Positions 1 through 13,489 of a stretch of DNA of 64,000 nt are shown one piece after another. The position numbers and the translations under genes are program-made. Numbering within the stretch: the first letter of the stretch is position 1; every line of letters starts with the position of its first letter. Under the pieces are notes generated by a model. That model worked only from the letters and a program-made list of their open reading frames with translations, had not been told where the DNA came from and ran no database searches. The DNA lies in NCBI RefSeq assembly GCF_009914755.1, contig NC_060937.1; one strand, written 5' to 3'. This DNA comes from the human T2T-CHM13v2.0 reference genome, Homo sapiens.

Positions 1-175
1 TGACAGAGAGACAGACAGAGACAGAGAGAGACAGAGAGAAGAGACAGAGAGTGACAGACAGAGACAGAGAGACAGAGACAGACAGAGACAGAGACAGAGA
101 GAGACAGAGAGAAGAGACAGAGAGTGACAGAGATAGAGACAGACAGACAGAGACACGGAGACACAGAGATAAAGA
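1..175. repeat. (GACAGA)n/(GA)n purine-rich simple repeat, truncated by the window start
   Basis: Direct reading: gacagagacagagagagacagag... Confidence 0.9.
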
Positions 176-694
176 GAGCACAAGGGAGGCAGAGGGCAGG
201 GGTGGCAGCATCACTGCAGACAAGGAACTTAATGTAAACTGGGAAGCATTCGTCACAGAGATCCCAGGAGGGCGCCAGCGGCATCTTTGGGGGCAGCGAA
301 CGCACCAGGGGGCAGGACAGAGTGCCGGGGAGTCGGGGGCTGTAGGGACAGAGTCTGGGAGGTGAGACAGGGTCTGTGGAGCCTTTTCTGAGGAGCTGTG
401 TTTTCTGTGAAGTGGGTGCCAAAGAGTTCATGAGCTGCCAGAATGCAGGGTGGAGGGAGAATGCGGGGTGGAGGGAGGAGCTGGGAGATGGGGAGGAGGG
501 CGGCGGCCCTCAGAGAAGGGACGAGGTGGGAAGCCTGGAGCTTGCTGGAGGAGCAGTGTGGAAGGAATTCACTGAAGCTGATGATGACGCTTACTTTCCA
601 TGGGCCTGGCTCAAAGCTCCCAGCTCCTTGGGAGGTAGGGACTCCATCTACCAGCCAGCTTGCCGGGACAGGGGTCACATTCAGCCCATAAGAG

Positions 695-910
695 GCATGT
701 ACACATACAGATGCACACACGCACCTACACAGGCTTGCACATGCCACACACACACACACACACACAGATGCACGCAGACACGCAGGCACTCATGCACTTA
801 CATACACAGATGTGCATGTGTATAACCACACACGTGCACACACACACACATGCAAGTGCATGCATACCCCCCCACAGACCTGCACATGTACACACCACAT
901 GCATGCACAG
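695..910. repeat. Degenerate (CA)n/CATG-rich low-complexity tract
   Basis: cacacacaca runs interspersed with catgca. Confidence 0.8.
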
Positions 911-1445
911 TTTGTGTGGTGTATGGGGAGGGTGCGTGTGGGACGCAACAGAAACACGAATGTAATCATTAGGCTTCCAGTCAAGAGGAGAGTCCTCCTA
1001 TCTCACTGATTCTAAGATAAGCACCTGGAGCCAACTCGGTTTGTCGTCCCCCTGCGGTGACCTGAGCACCCTGTCCTGCTGTCTGAGCTGGAGGGCAGCT
1101 GGACCCCAGCCCTTGGAAGAGCCCCACTTCTCGCTGTGGGTTTGATTTCCTATTGAACTTTGAATTGGCTTTTGAATATAAGGACAGGAAGTGTCTGTGA
1201 GCGTGTGTGAGCGTGCTAAACAATTTAATACGTGTGCATTAAAAAGTGAAGCTTCCACTTCACCTCCTGCTTCCCTCCCCCACAGCTAACTGTGGAGCTG
1301 CACTGGGGTGACACCCAGGCTGTTCATCCACGTGTGGTGGGACAGCACAGGACATGCCGCCTCGCAGCTTGCTGCTTCTGTTCAGCGGTGTGTCGTGGCG
1401 CCCTTCTACCTTGGCGCCATTTGCTGCTGCCTTTCATTTTATATA

Positions 1446-1743
1446 TTTTTTTTTCATGTTTTGAGACAGGGTCTTGCTCTGTCACCCAGACTGGAGTGCA
1501 GTGGCAGGATCTCAGCTCACTGCCACCTCAACCTCCTGGGCCCAAGGTGATCCTCCTGCCTCAGTCTCCTGAGTAGCTGGGACTGCAGGCATGAGCCACC
1601 ACACCCGGCTAATTTGGGTATTTTCTGTAGAAATGGAGTCTCACCATGTTACCCAGGCTGATCTAGAATTCTTGGGTTCGAGTGATCCACCCACCTTGGC
1701 CTCCAAAGTGCTGGGATTACAGATGTGAGCCATCGTGCCCGCC
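1446..1743 (-). mobile_element. Alu (AluJ-like), antisense
   Basis: T-run, then ttgagacagggtcttgctctgtcacccagactggagtgcagtgg ... ctcccaaagtgctgggattacag-like end. Confidence 0.92.
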
Positions 1744-1810
1744 TGTGCCTTCCTTTTAAAGGCTTCCTGGCCCCTGTGATGTAAGCGGACCTGGTGTGCT
1801 CACTTGGGCT

Positions 1811-2950
1811 GGCCCCCGTGACATGAGTGGACCCCGTGATGTGAGTGGACCCTGTGACGTGAGTGGCCCCCGTGATGTGAGTGGCCCCCGTGACATTAGT
1901 GGACCCCGTGGCGTGAGTGGCCCCCATGACGTGAGTGGCCCCTGTGACATTAGTGGACCCCGTGGCATGAGTGGCTGCCATGACGTGAGTGGCCCCCGTG
2001 ATGTGAGTGGCCCCCGTGACATTAGTGGACCCCGTGGCGTGAGTGGCCCCCATGACGTGAGTGGACCCCGTGATGTGAGTGGCCCCCGTGACATGAGTGG
2101 CCCCCGTGACGTGAGTGGCCCCCGTGACGTGAGTGGCCCCTGTGACATTAGTGGACCCCGTGGCGTGAGTGGCCCCCATGGCGTGAGTGGCCCCCGTGAC
2201 GTGAGTGGCCCCCGTGACATTAGTGGACCCCGTGGCGTGAGTGGCCCCCATGGCGTGAGTGGCCCCCGTGACGTGAGTGGTCCCCGTGACATTAGTGGCC
2301 CCCATGACGTGAGTGGCCCCCATGACGTGAGTGGCCCCCGTGATGTGAGTGGCTCCCGTGACATGAGTGGCCCCTGTGACATTAGTGGCCCCCGTGATGT
2401 GAGTGGCCCCTGTGACATTAGTGGACCCCATGGCATGAGTGGCCCCCATGACGTGAGTGGCCCCCGTGATGTGAGTGGCCCCCGTGACGTGAGTGGCCCC
2501 TGTGACATTAGTGGACCCCGTGGCGTGAGTGGCCCCCGTGATGTGAGTGGCCCCCATGACGTGAGTGGCCCCCGTGACATTAGTGGCCCCCGTGACGTGA
2601 GTGGCCCCCGTGACATTAGTGGACCCCGTGGCGTGAGTGGCCCCCATGACGTGAGTGGCCCCCGTGATGTGAGTGGCCCCCGTGACGTGAGTGGCCCCTG
2701 TGACATTAGTGGACCCCGTGGCGTGAGTGGCCCCTGTGGCGTGAGTGGCCCCCGTGACATTAGTGGACCCCGTGGCGTGAGTGGCCCCCGTGACGTGAGT
2801 GGCCCCCGTGACGTGAGTGGCCCCTGTGATGTGAGTGGACCCCGTGGCGTGAGTGGCCCCTGTGACATTAGTGGACCCCGTGGCGTGAGTGGCCCCCATG
2901 ATGTGAGTGGCCCCCGTGATGTGAGTGGCCCCCGTGGCGTGAGTGACCCC
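1811..2950. repeat. 18-bp minisatellite, ~63 copies (GTGAGTGGCCCCCGTGAC variants)
   Basis: 6-aa periodicity in the ORF track (DVSGPR)n; units counted from the translation. Confidence 0.97.
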
Positions 2951-3517
2951 GTGTGCTCACTTGGGCCTGTTCGCGGGCATTTCGTGGTCCCCACTGTTTC
3001 CCTGTTGGGGTCACTGCTGTAAAGGGTCGCCCCGCCATGGTGTTCTGTCTGTGAGATTGTGCCCTGTTTCTGGCAGTTCTCAAATGCTCCAGCTGGGTGA
3101 TTTCCCCCCCCCACCCCAACGGAGTTGGCAGTTTCAGGGCTACCCTTGTCTGCCATCTCTGGCTGGCCTGAGGCTGTGCTGGCCCCGGTCGCCCTCCATG
3201 GTCTGAAGCCCTGAGTGGAAGCTCTGCCACCCACAGCCAGCCTCGTTAGGAGGAACCAGGAGACATCACGCGGCCCAGGTGTCTGTGCACTGTGCTGGGT
3301 GGGAAGCCACCTCTCAGGTGTGTTTCCCGTCTCCACATCAGCATTTTGTTCATGGAGTCTGCTGCTTCTGAGCACTGGGGACACGTCGCGGAGGCCCTGC
3401 CATTCCTTCCTCCGGGTTCTGCACGCACCGCGGTGACCACCTCCCCCGAGGTCCTCTCCCCGCACCTTCCCAAAACGTGTTCCCCAGGTCCTTTTCTGTT
3501 ACTGCTGTTGAATTCAA

Positions 3518-3960
<443 letters not shown>

Positions 3961-3995
3961 ATGGTTATGCTGGCTCCGTCCTGGAGGAGTGAGTG

Positions 3996-4199
3996 CCCTC
4001 ACCCTCACCCTCACCCTCGCCCTGGTCTCACCCTCGCCCTCACCCTCTCCCTCGCCCTGGTCTCACCCTCACCCTCACCCTGGTCTCACCCTCGCCCTGG
4101 TCTCACCCGCGCCCTCGCCCTTGCCCTGGTCTCACCCTCACCCTGGTCTCACCCTCACCCTGGTCTCACCCGCGCCCTTGCCCTTGCCCTGGTCTCACC
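3996..4199. repeat. CCCTCA/CCCTCG/CCCTGGTCTCA C-rich tandem repeat
   Basis: Direct reading: ccctcaccctcaccctcaccctcgccctggtctca... Confidence 0.9.
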
Positions 4200-4334
4200 G
4201 GCATGAGCAGAAAGACAAGGCCCGGGGTTGCAGTGTCTGTGCTCAGGGTCCAGACACAGCTCAGAACCGACCTTCCTTGGGGAGTGACAGTCCCCGGAGG
4301 TTAGGGGCTGCTGTGGCCAAAGAGCCACAGATCG

Positions 4335-4398
4335 GAGGTGAGGAAGGTCTGCCCGAGGTGAGGAAGGTCTGCCCGAGGTGAGGAAGGTCTGCCCGAGG
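4335..4398. repeat. 20-bp tandem repeat x3.2 (GAGGTGAGGAAGGTCTGCCC)
   Basis: Perfect copies at 4335, 4355, 4375. Confidence 0.93.
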
Positions 4399-7300
4399 CA
4401 AGGCAGTCCCGCAGTCCCGGGCGGTGGCATCAGGGTGAGCGCCCTGATAGCAAGGGACCTATGGCGCCCACACCGGAGGGCGGGAAAAGGAGGAAGAGCA
4501 TGGCCCCCGTGAAGCCCCTCGGGAGGAAGGGTTCCTGTCCACGTTCAGCACCCCCGTGCAGACCTCACCATTCCCGACGGGAACACTTGTGATATTCACT
4601 TCCAACCACACGAGGGTGCAGCTGGGCAACCGCAGCTTTTGGAAAAATGTTGAAACTGGGGCGGCTTCTCTGGGTGACTCTGACGCTCTCATTGCTTCAC
4701 GTTTAATTTTTGTGTCCTGCTGTAACTACCATGTAGTGCACTTATGAATCGTGCATATTTTACTCTAAGGCCTGTCTGTAAACCCTAATAAATGACCCTA
4801 CTCAGGTAAGACGTCCTGACAGTGAGGTTTTTAATATTTACAAGCCACAGAATTATTTCCTGCAGCCACAGAGACTTCCTTGGCGGGAAACCAGGTCCTC
4901 TGACCTCACCCGGCTCTGCAGTCTGTTTTGCCGTTTTCCGCCTCAAACCCCCTCTGCGATGTGCAGCTCTGGGTGTCTGATCCCTCAGGGGTCCTGTCTC
5001 CCCTCCTCTGGCCCCCTCCCTGGCTCCTTCGCCTGCTGCCTTTTTCTTCCATGAGGATGCGGTTCCCGTGTCCCCCAGGACAGCTTCGTGGCCGGCCGCC
5101 TCCATGGATTCGGGTGGGCACAGGTCCTGCAGGGAGCTCCTGTGTTATCTGCCCTCCCCGCGAAGCTCCTTGGAGGATGGAGATTTTAAGGTCTTACTGT
5201 GGTGTGAGCGATCAGAGACCCCAGTGTTTACCAGGTAGGCTCTGGGCTCAGACCCCAGCGCCCCACTTGTTAGCTGTTTGACCCTGGATATGTCATTCAC
5301 TTCTGCGTTCCTCAGTTTCTGCACGTTTAAAATGGCAGAGGCCCCTTTGGTAGTGAGTCTGTGTGACAGGCGATGGGGCCTTCCTCTCTGGTACAGCAGG
5401 GGCCTAAGGGATGTTTGACCTCAGCAGGTAGAGTATCATCTCCGTGGTACAGCAGGGGCCTGAGGGATGTTTGGCCTCAGCAGGTGGAGGATGGCTGCAG
5501 GTCAGGATTTTGCATCACAAACAACACTGCTGCAGTCACATTAGTGGATTTTGTTATTATAGACAACACTCGTGTCTATAATTCCAAGGACCCATTCTCC
5601 ATGCCCAGAGGCACCTCAGTCCCACAGACCGCAGCCTGATTCTGAGTTCGCAGTTGGCCAGTGTTGCAGAAGCTCACAGAGGAGTCTTTGGAAATGAGAA
5701 TGACGCCACCATTCTCTTTTAATTGTGTCATAGGTCTTCCTTCCTTTTATACATAAGTTAACTGAGGCTGGTTTGCTTTCCACAGCCAGAGTTCTAAGAC
5801 AATTTTAAGTAACACTTTTCTTTCGCTATTTCTTTATGAATGTGTTGGGTTTTAGGGATCACAGATGTGCTTGGGCAACCAAGGCTGCCTGTGTCTCTGT
5901 GCTCTGGGGGGCTTTTCCTACGAGCTTTGCGTGAGATGCCAGCTGCCCACAGGCAACTGGGCACAGAGAGCAGGAGAATAAAGCAGGCCAGGGCATCAGG
6001 TGGGGCTGATTCCATGGAGGGCAACGGCAGTGGTGGGGGCAAGTGCGGGGTGGGTGAGTGGCAGCAGCCACCCACAGAAGGACGCGCTGTCCCGGCCCCG
6101 CATCCCCAGGAGTGCGTGTGTCGCAGGCGACCCTGTCCTCTCACCCAGGAGCCCTCTGAGCTCGCGCCTTTCTTCAGGTGTCTGCGATATCATGCTCCCC
6201 TTGTGTTCCTCCTGCCTCCTGGCTGCTGCCAGTGGGTGGCCCCCCAACTCCTCCACCAGACCCTGACTCTCAGAGGACTCCCAGCCTCTATTTGTGTTAT
6301 TCCTATCCAGTCCATGGGGTTCAGATACCAAGTGGAACTTTTAACAACCATGAATTCCTAGGCCTCACTCTCAAATCATCACATCAGAATATCCAGGAGT
6401 GGCCCGAGAAGACCTGCGTTGTAGCAAGCTCCCGGATGTTTCTCTTGCATCCATCTGGCACTGGTCTGCACACTGGTGTTTGGAACCCCCAGACTTGAAC
6501 TTAGTGCCGTGCGGTCCAGCGGCCCTCCTGTCCATCTCAGTGCAGAGAGGGGCTGGGGGAGGTGCAAGCGTATAATCCTAGAAGAATTCCTCTCGACTAA
6601 CAGCCTGCCGTGTTCTTGGCATCTGTGCACAGTGGAGCCCCACAAGCTGGCTGAACCCTTGGCTTGCGTCCTAAGCTCTGTGTGCTGTTAGGATGATGAT
6701 AACGACCACGATAGAAAGCACCTTGCTGAGCCCCTAGGAGTAGAAGGTGGAGGGCAGGCCAGGGCAGAGTTGAGCTAGACAGAGTGAAGAACACAAGTTC
6801 TGGGGAAGCAGGGAATTGTAACCAAAGATGAAACCACCCCTGCCCAGCGGCACCATTTGTAGGGACCTTGGAGAGTTGGTTGAACATCTGCAGAGCATGG
6901 GGTCGGAGACTCAGGTCAGACTAAACTGGTTCAGAGCCAGGATACCCCTTTCGACCTGGGTTACATTTGTCATCATTCATGTAAATGTTTCTGTTAGATG
7001 GAAACAGGTTCAAAACCCACTACCTACTTCCATTCTGGCTCTAATAGAGTATCTTGTAGCCAACTGATATTTCCACCAAGAGCAACTGTAAAACCTGGGT
7101 AAAATTTTGTTTAAAAATATGTTTGAGGGATTGAGAGGCTGCAGAGGCAGCCAGGACTTGGGGAGCCAGGTTCTGGAATTTTACAGAGGTGAGCCCCACT
7201 TTCTGCATTTCATGGTGAAGTATTGAACGCTTTGCCGCTGAGGTCAGGAACACTGTTCTCATTTCTATTCAGGATTGTGCTTGGAGGTACCAGGCAGACA

Positions 7301-7653
7301 ACAAGACAAGAAAAGAAAAGTCTTAAGGATTGAAACAGTAAGAAACACAGGTATCATTCATTATTTGTAGACAATGTGGTTGTGTATGAAGAAAATCCAA
7401 ATTAAGTAACAGTCAGACTCTTAAGCTGAGTAAGTAATTTAGCAAGATCAATGGGCAGGGGTCAATATACTAAACTTAATTGTATTTTGGTATTTTTATA
7501 TATATCAATGATGTACAATTGGAAAATGAAATTTATAGATATCACTTATAATCACATCAAAATTGAGTACATAGGAATAAAATCATATCTAATAAAAGAC
7601 GTGCAAGACTTCTAAGCAGAAAACTGCAAAATGTTATTGAAAGAAATTAAAGG

Positions 7654-8029
<376 letters not shown>

Positions 8030-8254
8030 TTAATTCTCTCTAAATAAACATATAGATCGAATGCAGTTCCCAAATAAAATTCCAGCAGGTTTTTCTTTAT
8101 TTAGGTGTGAACATTGGCAGGCTGCCTTTACATTTTATATGAAAATGCAAGGGGTGAGGAATAGTCACCCAACTTTGAAGAAAAAAGTTGAAAGCTGATA
8201 CTGCCAAATATTAAGACATTATTAAAGTGACAGTGATTAACACAGATGGTGTAA

Positions 8255-8627
<373 letters not shown>

Positions 8628-9879
8628 ATTGCAGTCTCTTGATTTATTTCTTAAGTGATACTGTAGCACAGAGGGGGATGGACGTCCTCAGTAAGAGGAG
8701 TGGATGTGATTGGCTGTCTGTGTGGGAAATTATGAATGCTGATACCTGCCTCACACCATATACAAAAGTTAATTCCAAATAGATCACAGGTGTAAATGTG
8801 AACTCTAAAGTAATATAGTCTCTATTCTCGACAAACATAGGAAAATGCCTATTTCAGAGTAAGAAAAGATTTCTTACGCAAGGTTTAAAAAGCAGTTATC
8901 AAAAAAGCAATTATCAGAAAGGAAAAGGTCAGTAAATTGGGCTACATTAAAGTTAAGTTACTCTTTTCATCAAAATGAACCATGAAGAGATCGACACGGA
9001 AAGCCACAGTGTGGAAGCAGATGTTTGCAATATGCACATCCAATAAGAAACTTGTTTCTAGCCTATACAGAGAACTACACACCAACAAGTTAAAGGAGAA
9101 TCTAGTAGAAAAACAACCAAAAGATGTGAACAGGCATATCATAAAAGAGGATAGCCACTAGACACAGAAGGCTTCCTGCCTCTGGGAAATGCCAATTAAA
9201 GCCATATCAGGACGCCACTCTGTATCCACAAGAGTGGCTAAAATTCTACTGACAGACAGTATCCAGTGCTGACAAAACCATGGAGCAACCAGAAGTCACG
9301 TGCATTTCTGGCAGGTGTACATTTGTCCACATCTACATAATTACAGCAATTCCTAAGAATATGTCCAACAGGAGTGTGTATTGTGTGCACTAGAAGACAT
9401 GTATAAGAAGCTCATTGTCTTATGTTCAGTTTAGCCCCAAACTGGAAACAACCCAAATGTCCATTAAGAGTAGAATTTATTAATAAATCATATTTCATCA
9501 TATATGTATACCATAACCCAGCAACAAGAATGAACAGACACCCTACTGCAACAACATGGGTGAATCCCACAATGTTGAAAGAAGCCAGACAGCAAAAAAG
9601 CACATATTGTATATTTTTATTTGGACAAAATTCAACGGCAGGCAAAACTAATGTATGGTGACAAGAGTCGGGATGGGGCACCCTGGACGGTGGGAACGGC
9701 CTCTCAGTCTGGGCACTCGCTGCCGTCACTCACACTCTGTGCTTCTGCATGATGTGCATTATAATTGGACAAAGTATTCACATAAAGAATGGTGTCCTCC
9801 AAGGAAAAGAACTTAGGTGCCACCTACTCTATCCCAGATGGGCCAAGGTAACCGAGTCGCACTGTGCAGGGAGGGCCTT

Positions 9880-9881
<2 letters not shown>

Positions 9882-9922
<41 letters not shown>
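9882..9922. repeat. (TG)~20 microsatellite
   Basis: Direct reading. Confidence 0.95.
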
Positions 9923-9924
<2 letters not shown>

Positions 9925-10887
9925 CTTTTCCTGAGGACACAGCCACCCTGCTGTGCAGGGACCCTTCTCCCAGACTCCTCTTCTCATCTTGGGTGCAGGT
10001 TGACGTTTGAGAAGCAAAGACACCAAGGGTCCCCTTCCTCCCACCCAGGCCTCACGTCCCCTCAGCGCCTCCTGGCCACGCACTGTTGATTCCTAAGGTC
10101 TGCTGCCCTCTGCAAGCACTGCTCCTCCCGTGTCCTGGCCTCCACCTGCCCCTGCCCTGGGACAAAGCATCCTCCTCGCCCCCACCATGTCCACGCAGCA
10201 GAGGCAGATGTCCAGGCACTGGGGGAACGTGGTGCTGGGGCCTCCCCGCCCCACTGGTAGAGAGGAGCCAGCCTCTGCTTGCAGACCATCCCTCACGCTC
10301 TGCTCCTGTCCAGTGAGCTGTGGTTGCACCCGCAGGCCAGTGGGCTGTCTGCCCACATGGGTGGGGGACCATGGGGCTCCCAAGGTCACGAGCCCTGAGT
10401 GGTTTGGGTCTCTGTCACAGAAGACGCAGCCAGTTGGAACATTCCTGAAACTTTATGAGACCGCTGGGCCTTTTTTACTTATTTGGGCCAAAAGTGAGCT
10501 CATTGGCCTCAAACTCAGCTGCTGGGAAACTGGCCAGGGCAGCCCCTCCAAGGCCAACTGTTGCGGAGTTGGCAGCTGATGGGGCATCTATGGGCTGTGT
10601 TTGTGCCCTGGGTGCGAGGGACATTTCTGGGGTGGCTGCCAGCTTGAGTTATTCTACCCCAACTCCTCCGGCACCATCACCTTCATCCCTCTGGTGACTC
10701 TGGGGACTGCTTCCTGCTGAAACTGGGCAGAAGCCACACCACCCTCTCCCTCAGACACAGGCCACAGATGTGGGCATAGATCCGAGCTCCGTGAGCCCTG
10801 GGTCCTCACTCCTGTGAGCAGATCCAGGTCCTGCCTCACGGTTTTGGGCAGTGCAGCCTCGGGAATGCCATGGGCCGTGGGGGGGCG

Positions 10888-11094
10888 GGGAATCACGTGG
10901 CCCTGCCCTCATGACCACAGTCAGTATGGGGGATCATGTGGCCCTGCCCCCGTGACCACAGTCAGTATGGGGGATCACGTGGCCCTGCCCCCATGACCAC
11001 AGTCAGTATGGGGGATCACGTGGCCCTGCCCCCATGACCACAGTCAGTATGGGGGATCATGTGGCCCTGCCCCCATGACCACAGTCAGTATGGG
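10888..11094. repeat. 41-bp minisatellite x5
   Basis: (a/g)tgaccacagtcagtatggg recurs at 10911, 10952, 10993, 11034, 11075. Confidence 0.93.
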
Positions 11095-11589
11095 TAGAGG
11101 AGGTGCTAGGGGCTCTTTACATCCTCACGTCAGAGGCTTTTTTAGTCCAGGCTTTGCACCTTCTGAGTCAGTGTTCCCGAAATGTGGTAGGAGAGGAGAC
11201 ATGGGGCTGAGGGGGTGTGGACGAGTGTCCACCTGGGCCCTGCATAGGGGGCAAGGTCGTGGTGGGGGCTGCGCAGGGCAGGAGGCTGAGTGCTGGTGTG
11301 TGGGCATCTGGGGTCAGGTCCCTGCTTGGTGGGAACATTAGGAGGCCGCCAGGGTGGACGTGGCCTTAGGGGCAGCACACGTGGTGTCTGAGCCAGGTTC
11401 CCCTGTCCGTGCTCACAGCTATGTGACTTTGGGCAAGTGACTAAAGCTCTCTGTGCCTGGAGAGGATCATAGCACCAGCCTCACGGGATGGTCGCTGGAG
11501 CTTGATGAATAGCTGTAGGGCTGTTGGCACAGTGCCTGGTCCATAGCACAGCTGAGGATAGTCTCTAACCCTGAAGAAGCATGCCTCCT

Positions 11590-11692
11590 GCCTGCACCCC
11601 GTTCCCACACATGCCCTGTGCCCGCACCCCGTTCCCACGCGCGCCCTGGGCCCGCACCCCATTCCCACGCGTGCCCCATGCCCGCACCCACG
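11590..11692. repeat. 30-bp degenerate CpG-rich tandem repeat x~3.3
   Basis: cccgcaccccgttcccacgc unit at ~11591, 11621, 11651, 11681. Confidence 0.8.
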
Positions 11693-13183
11693 ATGGTGAG
11701 CATGGCTGGGGCAGGAGGAACCAGCGCTGCCTTCCTGCCCAGGACCCACACCTTCTGCAGCTGAGCGACAGTGACTGCCCCATTAACACCACCTGGAAAC
11801 CAGTCCGTCCTTCTCGTTGAGAAACTGATTTCCTAGTATGCATTTTTTGAATCGAATAAATTTACGACACCTTAGATTTCACTTGCAATTTTGACTTCTA
11901 AAAAATGTTTTAGTCGTTGGTAACTGGTTTCTCATTGAAAACGGATGCCTATTTGTGATACTGGTGTTCCCATTACAATGTAACACAAAGATTTAAACGT
12001 AGAGTGAGTGGAAGCCCCACACAGGCAGGCCGGGCGGCATCCAGTGGCATCGGGCGCCTTTTTCGTGGCTGCAGCGTCAGCCTGCACTGCCGGGTGTGAG
12101 GCAGACGCGCACTTAACGGCGTGAGAAGCCAGATGTGGGAGGCACCGGGCACTGTGGGCAGTGAGGCAGGAGCTTGGCCGCGTGTGGGGCAGAAGCTCCA
12201 TGGCTAGAATGGGATGTGTTTGGGTCACGGGTCTGGGGGAGGGTGCGTTCTGGCTATAACTGGATGTGTTTGGGCCACAGAGGTCTGGGGGGTGCATTCT
12301 GCATCCAGCAGCTCTCACATGGCAGTCGTGGTCCCCGTTGCTGGTCTGGGCTGTTGTGGAGTAGCGGGGGCATTTGTGGGCGAACCCAGAGGCTGAAATT
12401 CCACCCCAATCAGAGCTCTATTCCAGGGAAAAGGGGAGAAATTGAGTCAGGCTTTGTTGTTCTGCAAAACAGTGACGCCGCTCAGGCAGCGCTGCGGGTT
12501 ACAGCATACTCAGTGGCTTCATTTCACTCTCACGGTAACCGCTGGGGGTGGATTCTACGATTGTCCTCATTTTTACAGAAAAGGAAGCAGAGATGGTTCA
12601 CAGCCAAGTCACCTGTCCAGGGTGATGCCTTTGCGGGGCCCACCAGAGCCCGCCAGTGTCGCAGAGGCGGTGAGCCCCTCCCGCCCAACACACAGCCCCT
12701 TGGCAGGGGCTCTTGAGCAAACCTGCAGGTGGGCAGCTTGGGGCGTTTCTCAGCTAGCATCACCCCTGCTTCAGGACTTGAAAGCATTTGACTGGGTTCG
12801 CTGGCCTGAGGATTACGTGCTCGGTGGAAATTAGTCATTCTGGGCTCTTCTCTCCTTCACTCTAGGAGGACTGGGACCCAGAGAGCTCCGGGATCAGCTC
12901 CCTGGCTTGGAGTCCAAAGGCAGCTCTGACCACGCCGCCTGGGGCAAGAGGGAGGGCAGCTGGGTTCCATCTCCGTGGCCTGGCACATCCAAGGTCCCTT
13001 TGTGGAAAAGGCACGTGTAGCACCCGTTACTGGAGGATAACCTGTAACTTTGTGCCTCTCCCAAGGGAGCACACAGGTCTACACGGGAAGTAAGATTCCC
13101 TGTACCCACTGTGTCTCACAGTTCAGAAAAAGTCGTCAAAGTGCTCAGACTCAAGAAGTAAATAAGGAAATATGAAAACATGA

Positions 13184-13489
<306 letters not shown>

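Noticed and set aside
1649-3465. Mucin-like 408-569 aa ORFs (TGATHV)n
   Set aside because: Translations of the 18-bp VNTR in several frames, one running into Alu sequence; no signal peptide or supporting exons.
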